A stretch of DNA of 64,000 nucleotides from Candidatus Levybacteria bacterium GW2011_GWA1_37_16. Lineage in GTDB: Bacteria; Patescibacteriota; Microgenomatia; Levybacterales; UBA12049. Shown in pieces: positions 19,170-28,780 of the stretch (positions are counted from its first letter, which is position 1; every line of letters starts with the position of its first letter). The notes under the pieces are model-generated. The model was not told where the DNA came from. It worked only from the letters and a program-made list of their open reading frames with translations, and did no database searches. Where the stretch lies: positions 306 to 64,305 of the forward strand of contig CALRGR010000002.1 of NCBI GenBank assembly GCA_943357985.1, read 5' to 3'. The position numbers and the translations under genes were made by a program.

Positions 19170-20189
19170 ATGATTAGGGTTGCAATAAACGGTTATGGAA
19201 GAATAGGAAGAGTAGCGCATAGAGTAATTCTTGAGAAATACACCTCGGAAATTGAAGTTGTTGCAATTAATGCGGGTTCATCTTCAGATATTAAAGGATG
19301 GTTAAATCTTTTAAAATATGACTCGGTTTATGGAATGCTCAGTGGCCACTCTTTGGAGGCCAAAAATGATGCTTTTGTCATAGACGGAAAAGAAATAAAA
19401 ATTTTCTCAGAAAAAGAGCCGACAAAACTTCCGTGGCAGGCACTAGATATAGATGTAGTTATTGAATCAACAGGTAAATTTATAACAGAAGATAAATTGC
19501 AGGCGCATTTAACAGCAGGCGCTAAGAAAGTAATACTTGCTACGCCTGCCAAGGGCGGAAATGTTTCTACCTTTGTAATATCCGTTAACGATAAAGATTA
19601 TAAGGGCGAGAATTTAATAAACAATGCATCTTGTACTACAAATTGCATAGCTCCCGTTGCTAAAATAATGGCTTCTTCTTTTGGCGTAGAGAAGGCAATG
19701 ATGACAACAATTCACGCCTATACTTCCGACCAAAGACTTCAAGACGGAGGACACAAAGATCCAAGAAGGGCCCGAGCAGCAGCGTTTAATATAGTTCCCA
19801 CTTCAACAGGCGCAACAACTGCGGCAGGACAGGTAGTGCCTGAGCTTTCCGGCATTTTTTCAGGGCTTTCAATTAGGGTTCCAGTGCCGGTTGGCTCACT
19901 TTCCGACTTTACGTTTCTTCTTAAAAAAGACACAACTGTAGAGGAAATAAACTCTATCTTTAAAAAGGAAGCGGAAAAACCGGAATACAAAGGAATACTT
20001 GAGGTAACAGAGGAGCCTATTGTAAGCTCCGATATTATTGGAAATCCGCACTCTGCAATAATTGACTTGTCTCTTACCCAGGTAGTTGGCGGTAATATGG
20101 TAAAAGTAATTGCTTGGTATGACAATGAGTACGGCTATGCAAATAGGCTTGTTGAACAAGCTATAATGGTGGGGGGAAGTAACTTGTGA
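19170..20189 (+). CDS. gap: Glyceraldehyde-3-phosphate dehydrogenase, type I
   Basis: INGYGRIGR, NASCTTNC, PTSTGA, WYDNEYGY; ATG 19170 lies 6 nt after TATACT. Confidence 0.95.
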   Translation: MIRVAINGYGRIGRVAHRVILEKYTSEIEVVAINAGSSSDIKGWLNLLKYDSVYGMLSGHSLEAKNDAFVIDGKEIKIFSEKEPTKLPWQALDIDVVIESTGKFITEDKLQAHLTAGAKKVILATPAKGGNVSTFVISVNDKDYKGENLINNASCTTNCIAPVAKIMASSFGVEKAMMTTIHAYTSDQRLQDGGHKDPRRARAAAFNIVPTSTGATTAAGQVVPELSGIFSGLSIRVPVPVGSLSDFTFLLKKDTTVEEINSIFKKEAEKPEYKGILEVTEEPIVSSDIIGNPHSAIIDLSLTQVVGGNMVKVIAWYDNEYGYANRLVEQAIMVGGSNL

Positions 20190-20758
20190 AGACAGGTATT
20201 AGAAACATTACAATCTCCGGAAGAATCGGCAGCGGACAAACAACCTTGGCCAAGAAACTCGCGGAAAAACTAAACTGGAAAATTCTTGAAGGAGGAGAGT
20301 TGTTTGAAAAAATACACAAAGAACTTAACCTGACGGAGCTTGAGGTAAATCAAAGACCGGACAATTTTGACATTGAGTTTGAAGAGAAAATAAAGAAAAT
20401 GCTCCGTGAGGAAGAAAACCACATAATACAAAGCCATCTTGTAGGATTTGATGCGCAGGGAATTGACGGAGTTTTTAAGATTCTTCTTGTTGTTGAAGAT
20501 GATGACGGTAAGGATAAAATAGATATTAGAATTGATAGGCTTGTAAATAGCCGCGGATTTTCAATTGAGCAAGCAAAGGAAGAGGCAGTTTTAAGAGAGG
20601 CAAGAAATCTTGATAAATGGAGAAGATTGTATGTGAATAATGATTCTGGCTGGGTTAATTGGGATAAGAAATACTACGATTTAGTAATTAATACTTATTC
20701 CCACAACGCCGATCAATCCCTCAAAATCGCCCTTGAGGCGCTAGGAGTTAAAAATTAA
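20186..20758 (+). CDS. Cytidylate kinase-like protein (archaeal-type Cmk), variant P-loop
   Basis: ITISGRIGSGQTTLAKKLAEKL ... YDLVINT. Confidence 0.7.
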   Translation: MKTGIRNITISGRIGSGQTTLAKKLAEKLNWKILEGGELFEKIHKELNLTELEVNQRPDNFDIEFEEKIKKMLREEENHIIQSHLVGFDAQGIDGVFKILLVVEDDDGKDKIDIRIDRLVNSRGFSIEQAKEEAVLREARNLDKWRRLYVNNDSGWVNWDKKYYDLVINTYSHNADQSLKIALEALGVKN

Positions 20759-21846
20759 TTTTCCCAATTGAAATTAGCTGAATTAAGCGATTTTGTAAAA
20801 CCATATGTAATTAATTCTCTGAGCAAAGGCTTTGAATTTGCTACTACCAAAAATGGAACTCTATCTGTGTTATAGCGGTCAGGGTTTTTTAAATAGAAAT
20901 CTACATCAAATTTATATTCTTCATATGATCCGTCCTCTGGGTTGACGCTAGCCACGATATATCCTGCGTCTCTCGCAAACGCTAGCCCCTGAACAAGCTC
21001 TGATATTGGCTCACCGAACATAATATATGCGCTGGCTGCTCCAGTTGCTATTTCCTCGCCATAAATATGCGAACCAGCTATTCCATGAAGCGGCATATCT
21101 TGATTTCTATCCCTGTCTACGGCATCAAAATTTGCCCGGAAAGGATGTGTGTATTTATATTTTCCGCCATAGCTAATAGGGACAAAAGTGGGATCTTTTA
21201 TACTCTCTACTTTTTTAGGGACAGGTAATTCTATGAGATATTTTTCATTTGGATTATATATGTAATTTTTGCCATTGCGATTTATCGTAATGTGACCTGT
21301 TAATAAGTTTGCTACGCCAGCTGCTATTGGATTACCATTTGTATCCATAAGTCCAAGCGCTAAATATGGAGGCGTATTTAAGCCTATTTGATGATCGAGA
21401 GAATCGTCAATAGGATCAAAGCTTCCTACGACTTGAGGAACATCTCCTATTTTTAAATGTTCATGTTCTGAAAAAACAAACAAACTAAGTCCATTTTGCT
21501 CAGCAGACCTGGTTATTATTTTGTATGCAAGCTTTTCTGCCTCTCCATCAATTACTATTTTTTTATCTTCATCCTCTCTGCCTAAAACCGTTCCCTGTAT
21601 TGCTCTTCCAAAACCTAAGTCTACTGCTTTACGAAGGGGTGGAGTAGAGCCAAACATTAAATCTAGAACAATTTCATTTGCTCTATCTTGAATTGATGAA
21701 TTAATTACATTTTCTGGTCTCGCCCAAACATCTGGACGAGGATATGGTCTTTTCCTTCGCCAACTTTCAATGGGCTCTGATGCTACGCGTAATGATTCAG
21801 TTTTTGCATTCATATTAGAATTTATAAAGCCAGCGGAATATATCAT
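20755..21846 (-). CDS. Inositol monophosphatase/FBPase (FIG) superfamily protein
   Basis: IDGEAE, FSEH, FDPIDDS metal-binding motifs; start uncertain. Confidence 0.65.
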   Translation of the reverse strand: MIYSAGFINSNMNAKTESLRVASEPIESWRRKRPYPRPDVWARPENVINSSIQDRANEIVLDLMFGSTPPLRKAVDLGFGRAIQGTVLGREDEDKKIVIDGEAEKLAYKIITRSAEQNGLSLFVFSEHEHLKIGDVPQVVGSFDPIDDSLDHQIGLNTPPYLALGLMDTNGNPIAAGVANLLTGHITINRNGKNYIYNPNEKYLIELPVPKKVESIKDPTFVPISYGGKYKYTHPFRANFDAVDRDRNQDMPLHGIAGSHIYGEEIATGAASAYIMFGEPISELVQGLAFARDAGYIVASVNPEDGSYEEYKFDVDFYLKNPDRYNTDRVPFLVVANSKPLLRELITYGFTKSLNSANFNWEN

Positions 21847-21973
21847 ACTCTATTGCCATTTTGCAAATACACATAAAATTTGCAAAAAAATTAATTTATG
21901 GTAACATAGGACTTGGAAAAATTGGGGAATTCCATATAGCCCAAAATTGTGTGGAATTTTGTTATAATTATAT

Positions 21974-23059
21974 ATGATACAAGAAGGAGAAATTTTTAGA
22001 AGACCTGTTAAAGATATGAAACCTTATAGCCCGCCTATTGAGGGAAGAAGCGCTCCGAATTTTCTTCGATTGGATTTTAATGAAAGAACTAGACCACCCC
22101 ACCATATAGTACAAGAGGCTGTAAGGGATTATGCTGCAAGAGGAGAATTTCAAATTTATCCTGAATATGGAGATTTAAATGAAGTAATAGCAAATTTTGC
22201 AGGAGTGACGTCAGAAGAGGTAATTCCAGCCGTTGGAGGAGATCAGGCAATAGATATTATAACTAGACTTTTAGTTAAAGACGGAGACGGTGTTATAATC
22301 CCTGCTCCAACTTTTGCGATGCTTGAGGAGTCATCTCATGTGCAAGGGGCAAATATTATTGCTCCTCGTTATAGTGGCCCTAACTTGAAGTTCCCTTTTG
22401 ATGAAGTAATGGAAGCGATTAAGCCTGGCGTGAAACTTGTTGTTGTATGTAACCCCAACAATCCTACCGGAACACCTGTTCCCAAGGAACAAGTAGAGGC
22501 GATAATCGAAAAAGCTGCTAAAGTTAGTGCCGGAGTTTTGGTGGATGAGGCATATAATGATTTTGCTCCAGAGCTTACCGTTGTTGGTGACATAGGTAAA
22601 TATTCTAATTTATTCATTGTAAGAAGTTTATCAAAAAACATGGGAATATCAGCTCTTAGAGCAGGTTATGTTATATCTCGTGCAGAAAACATTGCAGAGT
22701 TAAGGAAGATAAGAGGCCCTTATGATCTACCTACGGTAACTGCATTAGCGATAAAAACATTAAGAAATCCTGAAGTTGTCGCAGATATTGATGCTTATGT
22801 TTCGGAAGTAATGACTGATTCAAAACCAATGCTTGAAGATTTTTACCGAAGAAACAATATCAAGTTTTTCCCAAGCAGTGCCGGATTCCACCTATTAGAA
22901 GAACCACCAGGTTTTATTGACTTTCTCAGAGCAAGAAATATTCTAGTAAGAAGAAGGCCAGATCCTTTAGGAACTGTGCGAGTGAGCATAGGAACAAAAG
23001 AAGATACGCAAGCATACATAAAAGTGGTCGAAGAATTTTTAAGAGCACGTGATAAATAG
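21974..23059 (+). CDS. Histidinol-phosphate aminotransferase-like PLP enzyme (HisC/CobD family)
   Basis: LDFNE, CNPNNPTG, VDEAY, RSLSK..G...LRAGY, VRVSIGT. Confidence 0.8.
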   Translation: MIQEGEIFRRPVKDMKPYSPPIEGRSAPNFLRLDFNERTRPPHHIVQEAVRDYAARGEFQIYPEYGDLNEVIANFAGVTSEEVIPAVGGDQAIDIITRLLVKDGDGVIIPAPTFAMLEESSHVQGANIIAPRYSGPNLKFPFDEVMEAIKPGVKLVVVCNPNNPTGTPVPKEQVEAIIEKAAKVSAGVLVDEAYNDFAPELTVVGDIGKYSNLFIVRSLSKNMGISALRAGYVISRAENIAELRKIRGPYDLPTVTALAIKTLRNPEVVADIDAYVSEVMTDSKPMLEDFYRRNNIKFFPSSAGFHLLEEPPGFIDFLRARNILVRRRPDPLGTVRVSIGTKEDTQAYIKVVEEFLRARDK

Positions 23060-23148
23060 AAAAGAATATACTTCTTCTATGAGTAAGGTACATTTCTCCT
23101 TGAATTTTTTATTTTTTAATGTTAAAGTAGTGCTGCTCTAAGGTTAAT

Positions 23149-24411
23149 ATGAAAGTTGCAGATGTAATGTCCGCCCACGTAGATTTTGTATCAAAAGATA
23201 CGAAGATAAAAGACGTAGTTCTTCTAATTTTTGGCCGTGGTATAAATGGAGTCCCCGTTTGCGAAAATAAAAAGGTAATAGGATTTATCACAGAAAAAGA
23301 TATACTTGCTAAATTCTATCCCTCGGAAAAAGAATATTTTGAAGATCCGTTCAGAGAAGGCAACTTTGAGTTAATGGAGGAAAAAACATCCGAAATTTTT
23401 TCCATGATTGCAGAAAAAGTAATGAGCACAAAAATCACGGCGGTGAAAGCTGATACTCAGCTACTTCATGCCCAGTCTCTTATGTTTGTTAATAAAGTAG
23501 GTCGACTTCCCGTTATTGACGATAAAGGTAACTTGATAGGAATAATTTCTAATGGCGACATTTTCAGTTCCTTAGTTGGAGATAGGCTAGCATTTAATGA
23601 GGATGCAGATTACAACGATTGGCTTTCAAAGTCATATTATGCGGCCGTAGACATAGAAGATAGATTAAAACACGAAATGCCTGATTTAATGAAAATTTTT
23701 TCTGAAAATAAGGTAAGAAATGTGATGGATATTGGATGTGGAACAGGGGACCATGTAATAGAATTTGCAAGAAGAGGGATTGTGTCTAATGGGACAGATA
23801 GAAGCTTGGATATGATTAAGGAAGCAGCTAAGAGAAAATTAAAATTATCAAAAGCTCAAATGCAAAATGCAGGTTTTTATTATGGAGAGGCAGAGCCAAT
23901 TCTAGCTAAGCTTAAAACAAATTTTGATGCAATAACTTTTCTAGGAAATACTCTTTCTCATAATCCAGGTACTTTTGAAAAACTTATCAAAATATCTTCT
24001 CAATACATGTCTAGTAGGGGAGTAATGGTTCTTCAAATTACTAATTTTGAAAAAGTAATAAAGACTAAGAAAAGATTTTTAAGTTTTGGTTTTGCAAAAT
24101 TGAAAAATGGAGTAGAGAAGGAATATGGGTTTTTGGAATTTTATGATGAGCCTAATTTGAAGGATAAAACAATTCAAAAAACTTTCGCAATTTTACGATC
24201 TGCTAATAATAGGTGGAAATGGTTGGGAGTCAGAAACAGTACCATGGCCTATGTTACTAAGGATAGCATAAAAAGAGTACTTGAAAAAAATGGATTTTCA
24301 AAAATTTCATTTTATGGAGGTTCTTTTGATGGAAGAAGCTGGGACTATCTATTTAGAAAACCCTTTAAGCCCTTGGAAAGTGACTGGTTAAACGTAGTTG
24401 CAAAGAGATAA
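23149..24411 (+). CDS. CBS-pair + class I SAM-dependent methyltransferase fusion
   Basis: KVADVMS...GVPV..GFIT...RLPVID...GIIS (CBS pair); MDIGCGTG and FLGNTLSH (MTase). Confidence 0.8.
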   Translation: MKVADVMSAHVDFVSKDTKIKDVVLLIFGRGINGVPVCENKKVIGFITEKDILAKFYPSEKEYFEDPFREGNFELMEEKTSEIFSMIAEKVMSTKITAVKADTQLLHAQSLMFVNKVGRLPVIDDKGNLIGIISNGDIFSSLVGDRLAFNEDADYNDWLSKSYYAAVDIEDRLKHEMPDLMKIFSENKVRNVMDIGCGTGDHVIEFARRGIVSNGTDRSLDMIKEAAKRKLKLSKAQMQNAGFYYGEAEPILAKLKTNFDAITFLGNTLSHNPGTFEKLIKISSQYMSSRGVMVLQITNFEKVIKTKKRFLSFGFAKLKNGVEKEYGFLEFYDEPNLKDKTIQKTFAILRSANNRWKWLGVRNSTMAYVTKDSIKRVLEKNGFSKISFYGGSFDGRSWDYLFRKPFKPLESDWLNVVAKR

Positions 24412-24415
24412 GATC

Positions 24416-24958
24416 ATGAAAAAGTTGGTATTAGCTTTAACTCTTTTTAGCTTCTTTTTAATTTCGACTTATTCTTTTGCTCAAGAGAATTCGAGTTCGG
24501 ATTCGGCTCAAACATCCGTTGATTACATACTTCCATATCCTGGTCTTTTACCGGATAGTCCATTTTATTTTCTGCGTGCAACTCGTGACCGCGTTATTTC
24601 ATTTTTAATTACAGAACCATTGAAAAAAGCAGAGTTTGATTTGCTCCAGGCGGACAAGATGCTTTCTGCGGGAATATATCTGGGAGATAAAAAGAAGTAT
24701 GAGTTGGCAGTAACAAGTATTTCAAAGGGAGAAAATTATTTTGAATCAGCTATTGCTCAAGCAGTTCAAGCAAGAAAAGAAGGCAAGCCGGTAGGAGATA
24801 TTGCGGCTCAACTTTATAATTCGGCAAGAAAACATCAGGAAGTTTTAAAAGAATTAGAAACTAAAACCAGTGGCAGTTTAAGGGCGAGTTTTGTTGAGGA
24901 AGAGAAGAGAGCTGCAGTTTTTGAAAAAAAAGCAAAGTTAATTCTTTCTCAGAAATAG
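24416..24958 (+). CDS. Secreted DUF5667-like protein
   Basis: Signal peptide MKKLVL...; YILPYPGLLPDSPFYFL motif. Confidence 0.7.
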   Translation: MKKLVLALTLFSFFLISTYSFAQENSSSDSAQTSVDYILPYPGLLPDSPFYFLRATRDRVISFLITEPLKKAEFDLLQADKMLSAGIYLGDKKKYELAVTSISKGENYFESAIAQAVQARKEGKPVGDIAAQLYNSARKHQEVLKELETKTSGSLRASFVEEEKRAAVFEKKAKLILSQK

Positions 24959-25085
24959 GAATAAATTGCATAGATTGTACATAAAATATACTCTCCATTC
25001 TTTGATTTTTGGAAGTTAAGCCCGGTTATTTTTGCTTTTGAGGCTAGATTTTAAGGTTGACCATTTTTGATATAGAAATTTCTAG

Positions 25086-25138
25086 TTGACACCGCATATT
25101 TAGTGCAATAAGCTGTGTCTTAGCACTAGATAGCTATT
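25086..25138 (+). promoter_or_regulatory. Sigma70 promoter with two putative NrdR boxes
   Basis: TTGACA(25086)-17-TAAGCT; accgcatatttagtgc (25091) and gcactagatagctatt (25123) are 32 bp apart and resemble acaCwAtATaTwGtgt. Confidence 0.6.
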
Positions 25139-25588
25139 ATGAAATGTCCCTACTGCGGAGGAAGTGAAACAGAAGTTGTTGAAACAAGAGACAGCGAGGA
25201 CTTAGAAACCATAAGAAGAAGACGGTCTTGTCTTAAATGTGATAAGAGATTTACAACGTACGAGAGAATAGAAAATGTACATTTAGTCGTAATAAAGAAA
25301 GACGGAAGAAGAGAGCAGTTTACTAGAGATAAATTAAAAGCAGGACTTGCAAATGCAGCGCAGAAAACAAAAGTATCTCTGGAAAAAATAGATAAGCTGG
25401 TAACGGAAGTAGAAAGAGAGTTGCGTGGAGGAGACAGCGTAGAAGTAGAAAGTAAGAAAATAGGGCAACTGGTTGCAAATAAGTTAAAAAAGATAGACAA
25501 AGTTGCTTACATAAGATTTTCTAGCGTTTTTAGAAGATTTGTAGATGTTGAAGATTTTGAAAAGGAATTAAAAAGACTTATTAAATGA
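25139..25588 (+). CDS. nrdR: Transcriptional repressor NrdR
   Basis: MKCPYC...RRRRSCLKCDKRFTTYE zinc ribbon, ATP cone, VAYIRF. Confidence 0.96.
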   Translation: MKCPYCGGSETEVVETRDSEDLETIRRRRSCLKCDKRFTTYERIENVHLVVIKKDGRREQFTRDKLKAGLANAAQKTKVSLEKIDKLVTEVERELRGGDSVEVESKKIGQLVANKLKKIDKVAYIRFSSVFRRFVDVEDFEKELKRLIK

Positions 25589-28032
25589 CAAGTGGAAAAA
25601 TAAATATGAAACTAGACGGAATAAGAGAAAAAGTATTTTTAGACAGGTACGCCTTGAAAGGCAAAGACGGGGAGCTTTTGGAGCATGAACCCGAAGAAAT
25701 GTGGAAGAGAGTAGCAAGGGGAATCGCAAAGAAAGAGAAAAAAGAAGTCCGCAAGCAGTGGGAAGACAAATTCTACAGCATTATGGAGGACTTCAAATTT
25801 GTTCCAGGCGGAAGAATCCTCTCGGGTGCAGGAACAGATTATCAGGTAACTTACTTTAACTGTTTTGTAATTCCCTCACCTAAAGATTCAAGAGAAGGAA
25901 TTCTTGACTCTTTAAAGCAATTGGTTGAAATTCAATCCCGTTCAGGTGGAGTAGGACTTAATCTCTCATCGCTACGGCCAAATGGGGCAAGAGTTAAAAA
26001 GGTAAATGGAACTTCATCTGGTCCTGTAACTTGGGCAGGACTTTTCTCCTACGCAACGCATGATGTTGTGCAACAGGGCGGAACCCGAAGAGGAGCAACG
26101 ATGATCATGCTTTGGGATTGGCATCCGGATATTGAGGAATTCATAACAGTTAAGCAGGATTTATCAAAAATTAATGGAGCAAATCTTTCAGTTTGTGTTT
26201 CGGATGACTTTATGCAAGCTGTAAAAGATGATGCAGATTGGAATTTAGTCTACCCGGATTTAGACGACCCGCGCTACGATTCTAAATGGAATGGAAACTT
26301 GGATGAGTGGAAGAAGATGGGAGGAAAAGTAAAAGTTTACAAAACCATAAAAGCAAGACAACTCTGGGATTTAATTTGTGAGGCAGCTTGGAAGTCTGCA
26401 GAGCCAGGTCTTCATTTCTTAGAGCGAAGCAACAAAAGAAGCAATACTTGGTATTTTGAGAAATTGATTGCAACAAATCCTTGCGGGGAGCAGCCTCTTG
26501 GTGGATGGGCAGTCTGTAATCTTGGAGCAATGAATTTATCTGCTTATGTAAGGCCTGCCTCGCTTGACGGCGGTCAAGGCGGGGATGAAGTATTTGATTT
26601 TGAAAACTTTGGAAAAGATGTAAAAGTAGCCATGAGATTTATGGATAATGTCATTGATTCAACCTATTATTTCTTTCCGGAGAATGAAAAATGCGCAAAG
26701 GACATAAGAAGAACCGGACTTGGAATAATGGGAATAGCGGATGCGCTTATTAAAATGAAGATCCGTTACGGGAGCGAAGAATCACTTCCTATTATTAGAA
26801 AGATTTTTGAGACACTCAGAAATAATTCTTATGAGGCATCAACAGAAGTTGCATCGGAAAAAGGCTCTTTTCCTAAATTTAACAAAGAAAAGTACCTTAA
26901 GGGATATCACATAAAAGCATTGCCAAAGTCTTTGAGAGATAAAATTGCAAAAAATGGAATAAGAAACGCGGTTTTACTTACAATTGCTCCAACGGGAACA
27001 ACAAGTCTCTTGGCAGGGGTTTCCTCTGGAATTGAGCCGGTTTACGAATTCACTTTCATAAGAAGGGACAGAACAGGGGAACATATGATGTATCATCCAC
27101 TATTTGAGCAGTGGAAAGAAGCAAATCCTGGAGCAGAAAGACCGGAATATTTTGTTTCGGCAAATGACTTAACTCCTCTTGAGCATACGATAGTTCAGGC
27201 AGCAGCTCAAGAATATATTGATTCTTCTATTTCAAAAACAGTAAATGCTCCAAATTCTCACACAATTGATGATGTTAAAACTCTTTACATGTCGGCATAT
27301 GACTTAGGTCTTAAAGGAGTAACTTACATGAGGGACGGTTCAAGAGAAGGAGTATTATCCAGAGTTGGGGATGCTTCGGCAAGCTCAGCACAAGCTAAAA
27401 AAGAAGAAGTTGTACCAAAAAAAGTAGCCCAAAGTAGGCCAATGATTCTTGAAGGATACACTTATCAGCTTGAAACACCAGTTGGAAGAACCTACGTAAC
27501 AATCAATCATAATGAAAATAGAGAACCGCTTGAAGTCTTTATAACTATTGGAAAGTCTGGATCCGATGTTGAGGCAATGGCAAATGCGTTGGGACGTATG
27601 ATTTCGTTATCTCTTAGGCTTGAAAGTGATGTAGCCCCCCGCGAAAAGGTAAGAAAAATAGTTGCACAGCTTTCAGGAATTGGTGGAGCAAGAAGCGTTG
27701 GATTTGGAAAAGACAGAGTTAGATCACTTCCTGATGCTTTGGCCAAAGTTTTGGCAAATCATCACGGGTTTGCAGTAAACGGACACGTTGAAGACAAGCC
27801 GGGATTTGTTTTTAACGGACACCAAAACAATCAGCAAAAAGTAGAAGAGACACCGGTACTGGTTGAAAATGTTATAATTTCTCCTCTTCCAATGATTGAA
27901 CCCGTACATGAATCTTTTGCGGAGGCTTCTACAACAGGACTTTTTGATATTTGTCCTGAGTGTGGAAGTGGAACTTTTGCATACGAAGAAGGCTGCCGCA
28001 AATGTTATGGCTGCGGATACGCCGAATGCTAG
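25585..28032 (+). CDS. nrdJ: Adenosylcobalamin-dependent (class II) ribonucleotide reductase with C-terminal TSCPD/zinc ribbon
   Basis: FNCFV, TNPCGEQ, CNLG, TIAPTGT, SISKTVN, CPECG...EGCRKCYGCG; no beta subunit nearby. Confidence 0.92.
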   Translation: MTSGKINMKLDGIREKVFLDRYALKGKDGELLEHEPEEMWKRVARGIAKKEKKEVRKQWEDKFYSIMEDFKFVPGGRILSGAGTDYQVTYFNCFVIPSPKDSREGILDSLKQLVEIQSRSGGVGLNLSSLRPNGARVKKVNGTSSGPVTWAGLFSYATHDVVQQGGTRRGATMIMLWDWHPDIEEFITVKQDLSKINGANLSVCVSDDFMQAVKDDADWNLVYPDLDDPRYDSKWNGNLDEWKKMGGKVKVYKTIKARQLWDLICEAAWKSAEPGLHFLERSNKRSNTWYFEKLIATNPCGEQPLGGWAVCNLGAMNLSAYVRPASLDGGQGGDEVFDFENFGKDVKVAMRFMDNVIDSTYYFFPENEKCAKDIRRTGLGIMGIADALIKMKIRYGSEESLPIIRKIFETLRNNSYEASTEVASEKGSFPKFNKEKYLKGYHIKALPKSLRDKIAKNGIRNAVLLTIAPTGTTSLLAGVSSGIEPVYEFTFIRRDRTGEHMMYHPLFEQWKEANPGAERPEYFVSANDLTPLEHTIVQAAAQEYIDSSISKTVNAPNSHTIDDVKTLYMSAYDLGLKGVTYMRDGSREGVLSRVGDASASSAQAKKEEVVPKKVAQSRPMILEGYTYQLETPVGRTYVTINHNENREPLEVFITIGKSGSDVEAMANALGRMISLSLRLESDVAPREKVRKIVAQLSGIGGARSVGFGKDRVRSLPDALAKVLANHHGFAVNGHVEDKPGFVFNGHQNNQQKVEETPVLVENVIISPLPMIEPVHESFAEASTTGLFDICPECGSGTFAYEEGCRKCYGCGYAEC

Positions 28033-28087
28033 GGCAGCGTATAGTAAATAGTGTCTAGCGAATAGTTCAAACATAATTAAAATTTAG

Positions 28088-28190
28088 TTTGGAGTTCCGA
28101 AGTCTGTGTAAGTCAGACACTGTGCCGCAACCGTAAAAGTCGGGTCGAAGGCTTCAAATCAAAATTCTGTCTCCTTCGAGCAAAGGAAAT
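28088..28190 (+). ncRNA. Compact cobalamin riboswitch (class II-like)
   Basis: tttggagtt/ggcttcaaa closing stem; GAA-gtctg TGTAAGT cagac T-loop hairpin; ACTG.GCCGCAAC.CG..AAGTCGG core; P13 tcctt/aagga with loop cgagca; located between nrdJ and a cobalamin adenosyltransferase. Confidence 0.72.
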
Positions 28191-28198
28191 ACTTGTGT

Positions 28199-28224
28199 AA
28201 CCTTCTCGATTGAGAAGGTTTTTT
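28199..28224 (+). terminator. Intrinsic terminator of the riboswitch expression platform
   Basis: aaccttctc-gatt-gagaaggtt followed by a T-run, 10 nt before the pduO ATG. Confidence 0.8.
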
Positions 28225-28234
28225 ATTTAATATC

Positions 28235-28780
28235 ATGCCAATTTATACAAGAACAGGAGACAAAGGTAAAACGGGCCTTTTTAATGGAAAAAGAGTTTAT
28301 AAAGATAGCCTCGTAATAGAAGCAGTAGGTTCCGTTGATGAATTAAATGCCGTGCTGGGCTTGGCCGCATCAAAAGTATCGAGTATTAAGTATTCAGTAG
28401 CAAGTATAAAAAAGGAATTGCAAGAAATTCAAAGTGATTTATTTGTTATTGGAGCTAATTTAGCAAATCCAAAATCAGCCTCAAAAATAGATTCTATCAA
28501 GCGGGCAAAAGAGTTTGAAAAACTGATCGATGACATGACAAGGCAACTCCCAAGACTCATGAACTTTATCTTGCCGGGCGGGGGGGAAGCAGGCGCAGCT
28601 TTGCATTTGGCAAGAACAGTTTCCAGACGAGCGGAAAGAAGAATAGTTAGTCTTTCTAAAAAAACTAAACTCGATTCAGGCATTTTAATCTATGTAAATA
28701 GACTATCTGACCTGCTTTTTACAATGGCCCGCTTTGTAAATTTGCTTGATAAGAAAAAGGAGACAATCTGGCGTGGCTAA
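28235..28780 (+). CDS. pduO: PduO-type ATP:cob(I)alamin adenosyltransferase
   Basis: IYTRTGDKGKT, GSVDELN, FILPGG, ARTVSRRAER, NRLSDLLF. Confidence 0.93.
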   Translation: MPIYTRTGDKGKTGLFNGKRVYKDSLVIEAVGSVDELNAVLGLAASKVSSIKYSVASIKKELQEIQSDLFVIGANLANPKSASKIDSIKRAKEFEKLIDDMTRQLPRLMNFILPGGGEAGAALHLARTVSRRAERRIVSLSKKTKLDSGILIYVNRLSDLLFTMARFVNLLDKKKETIWRG

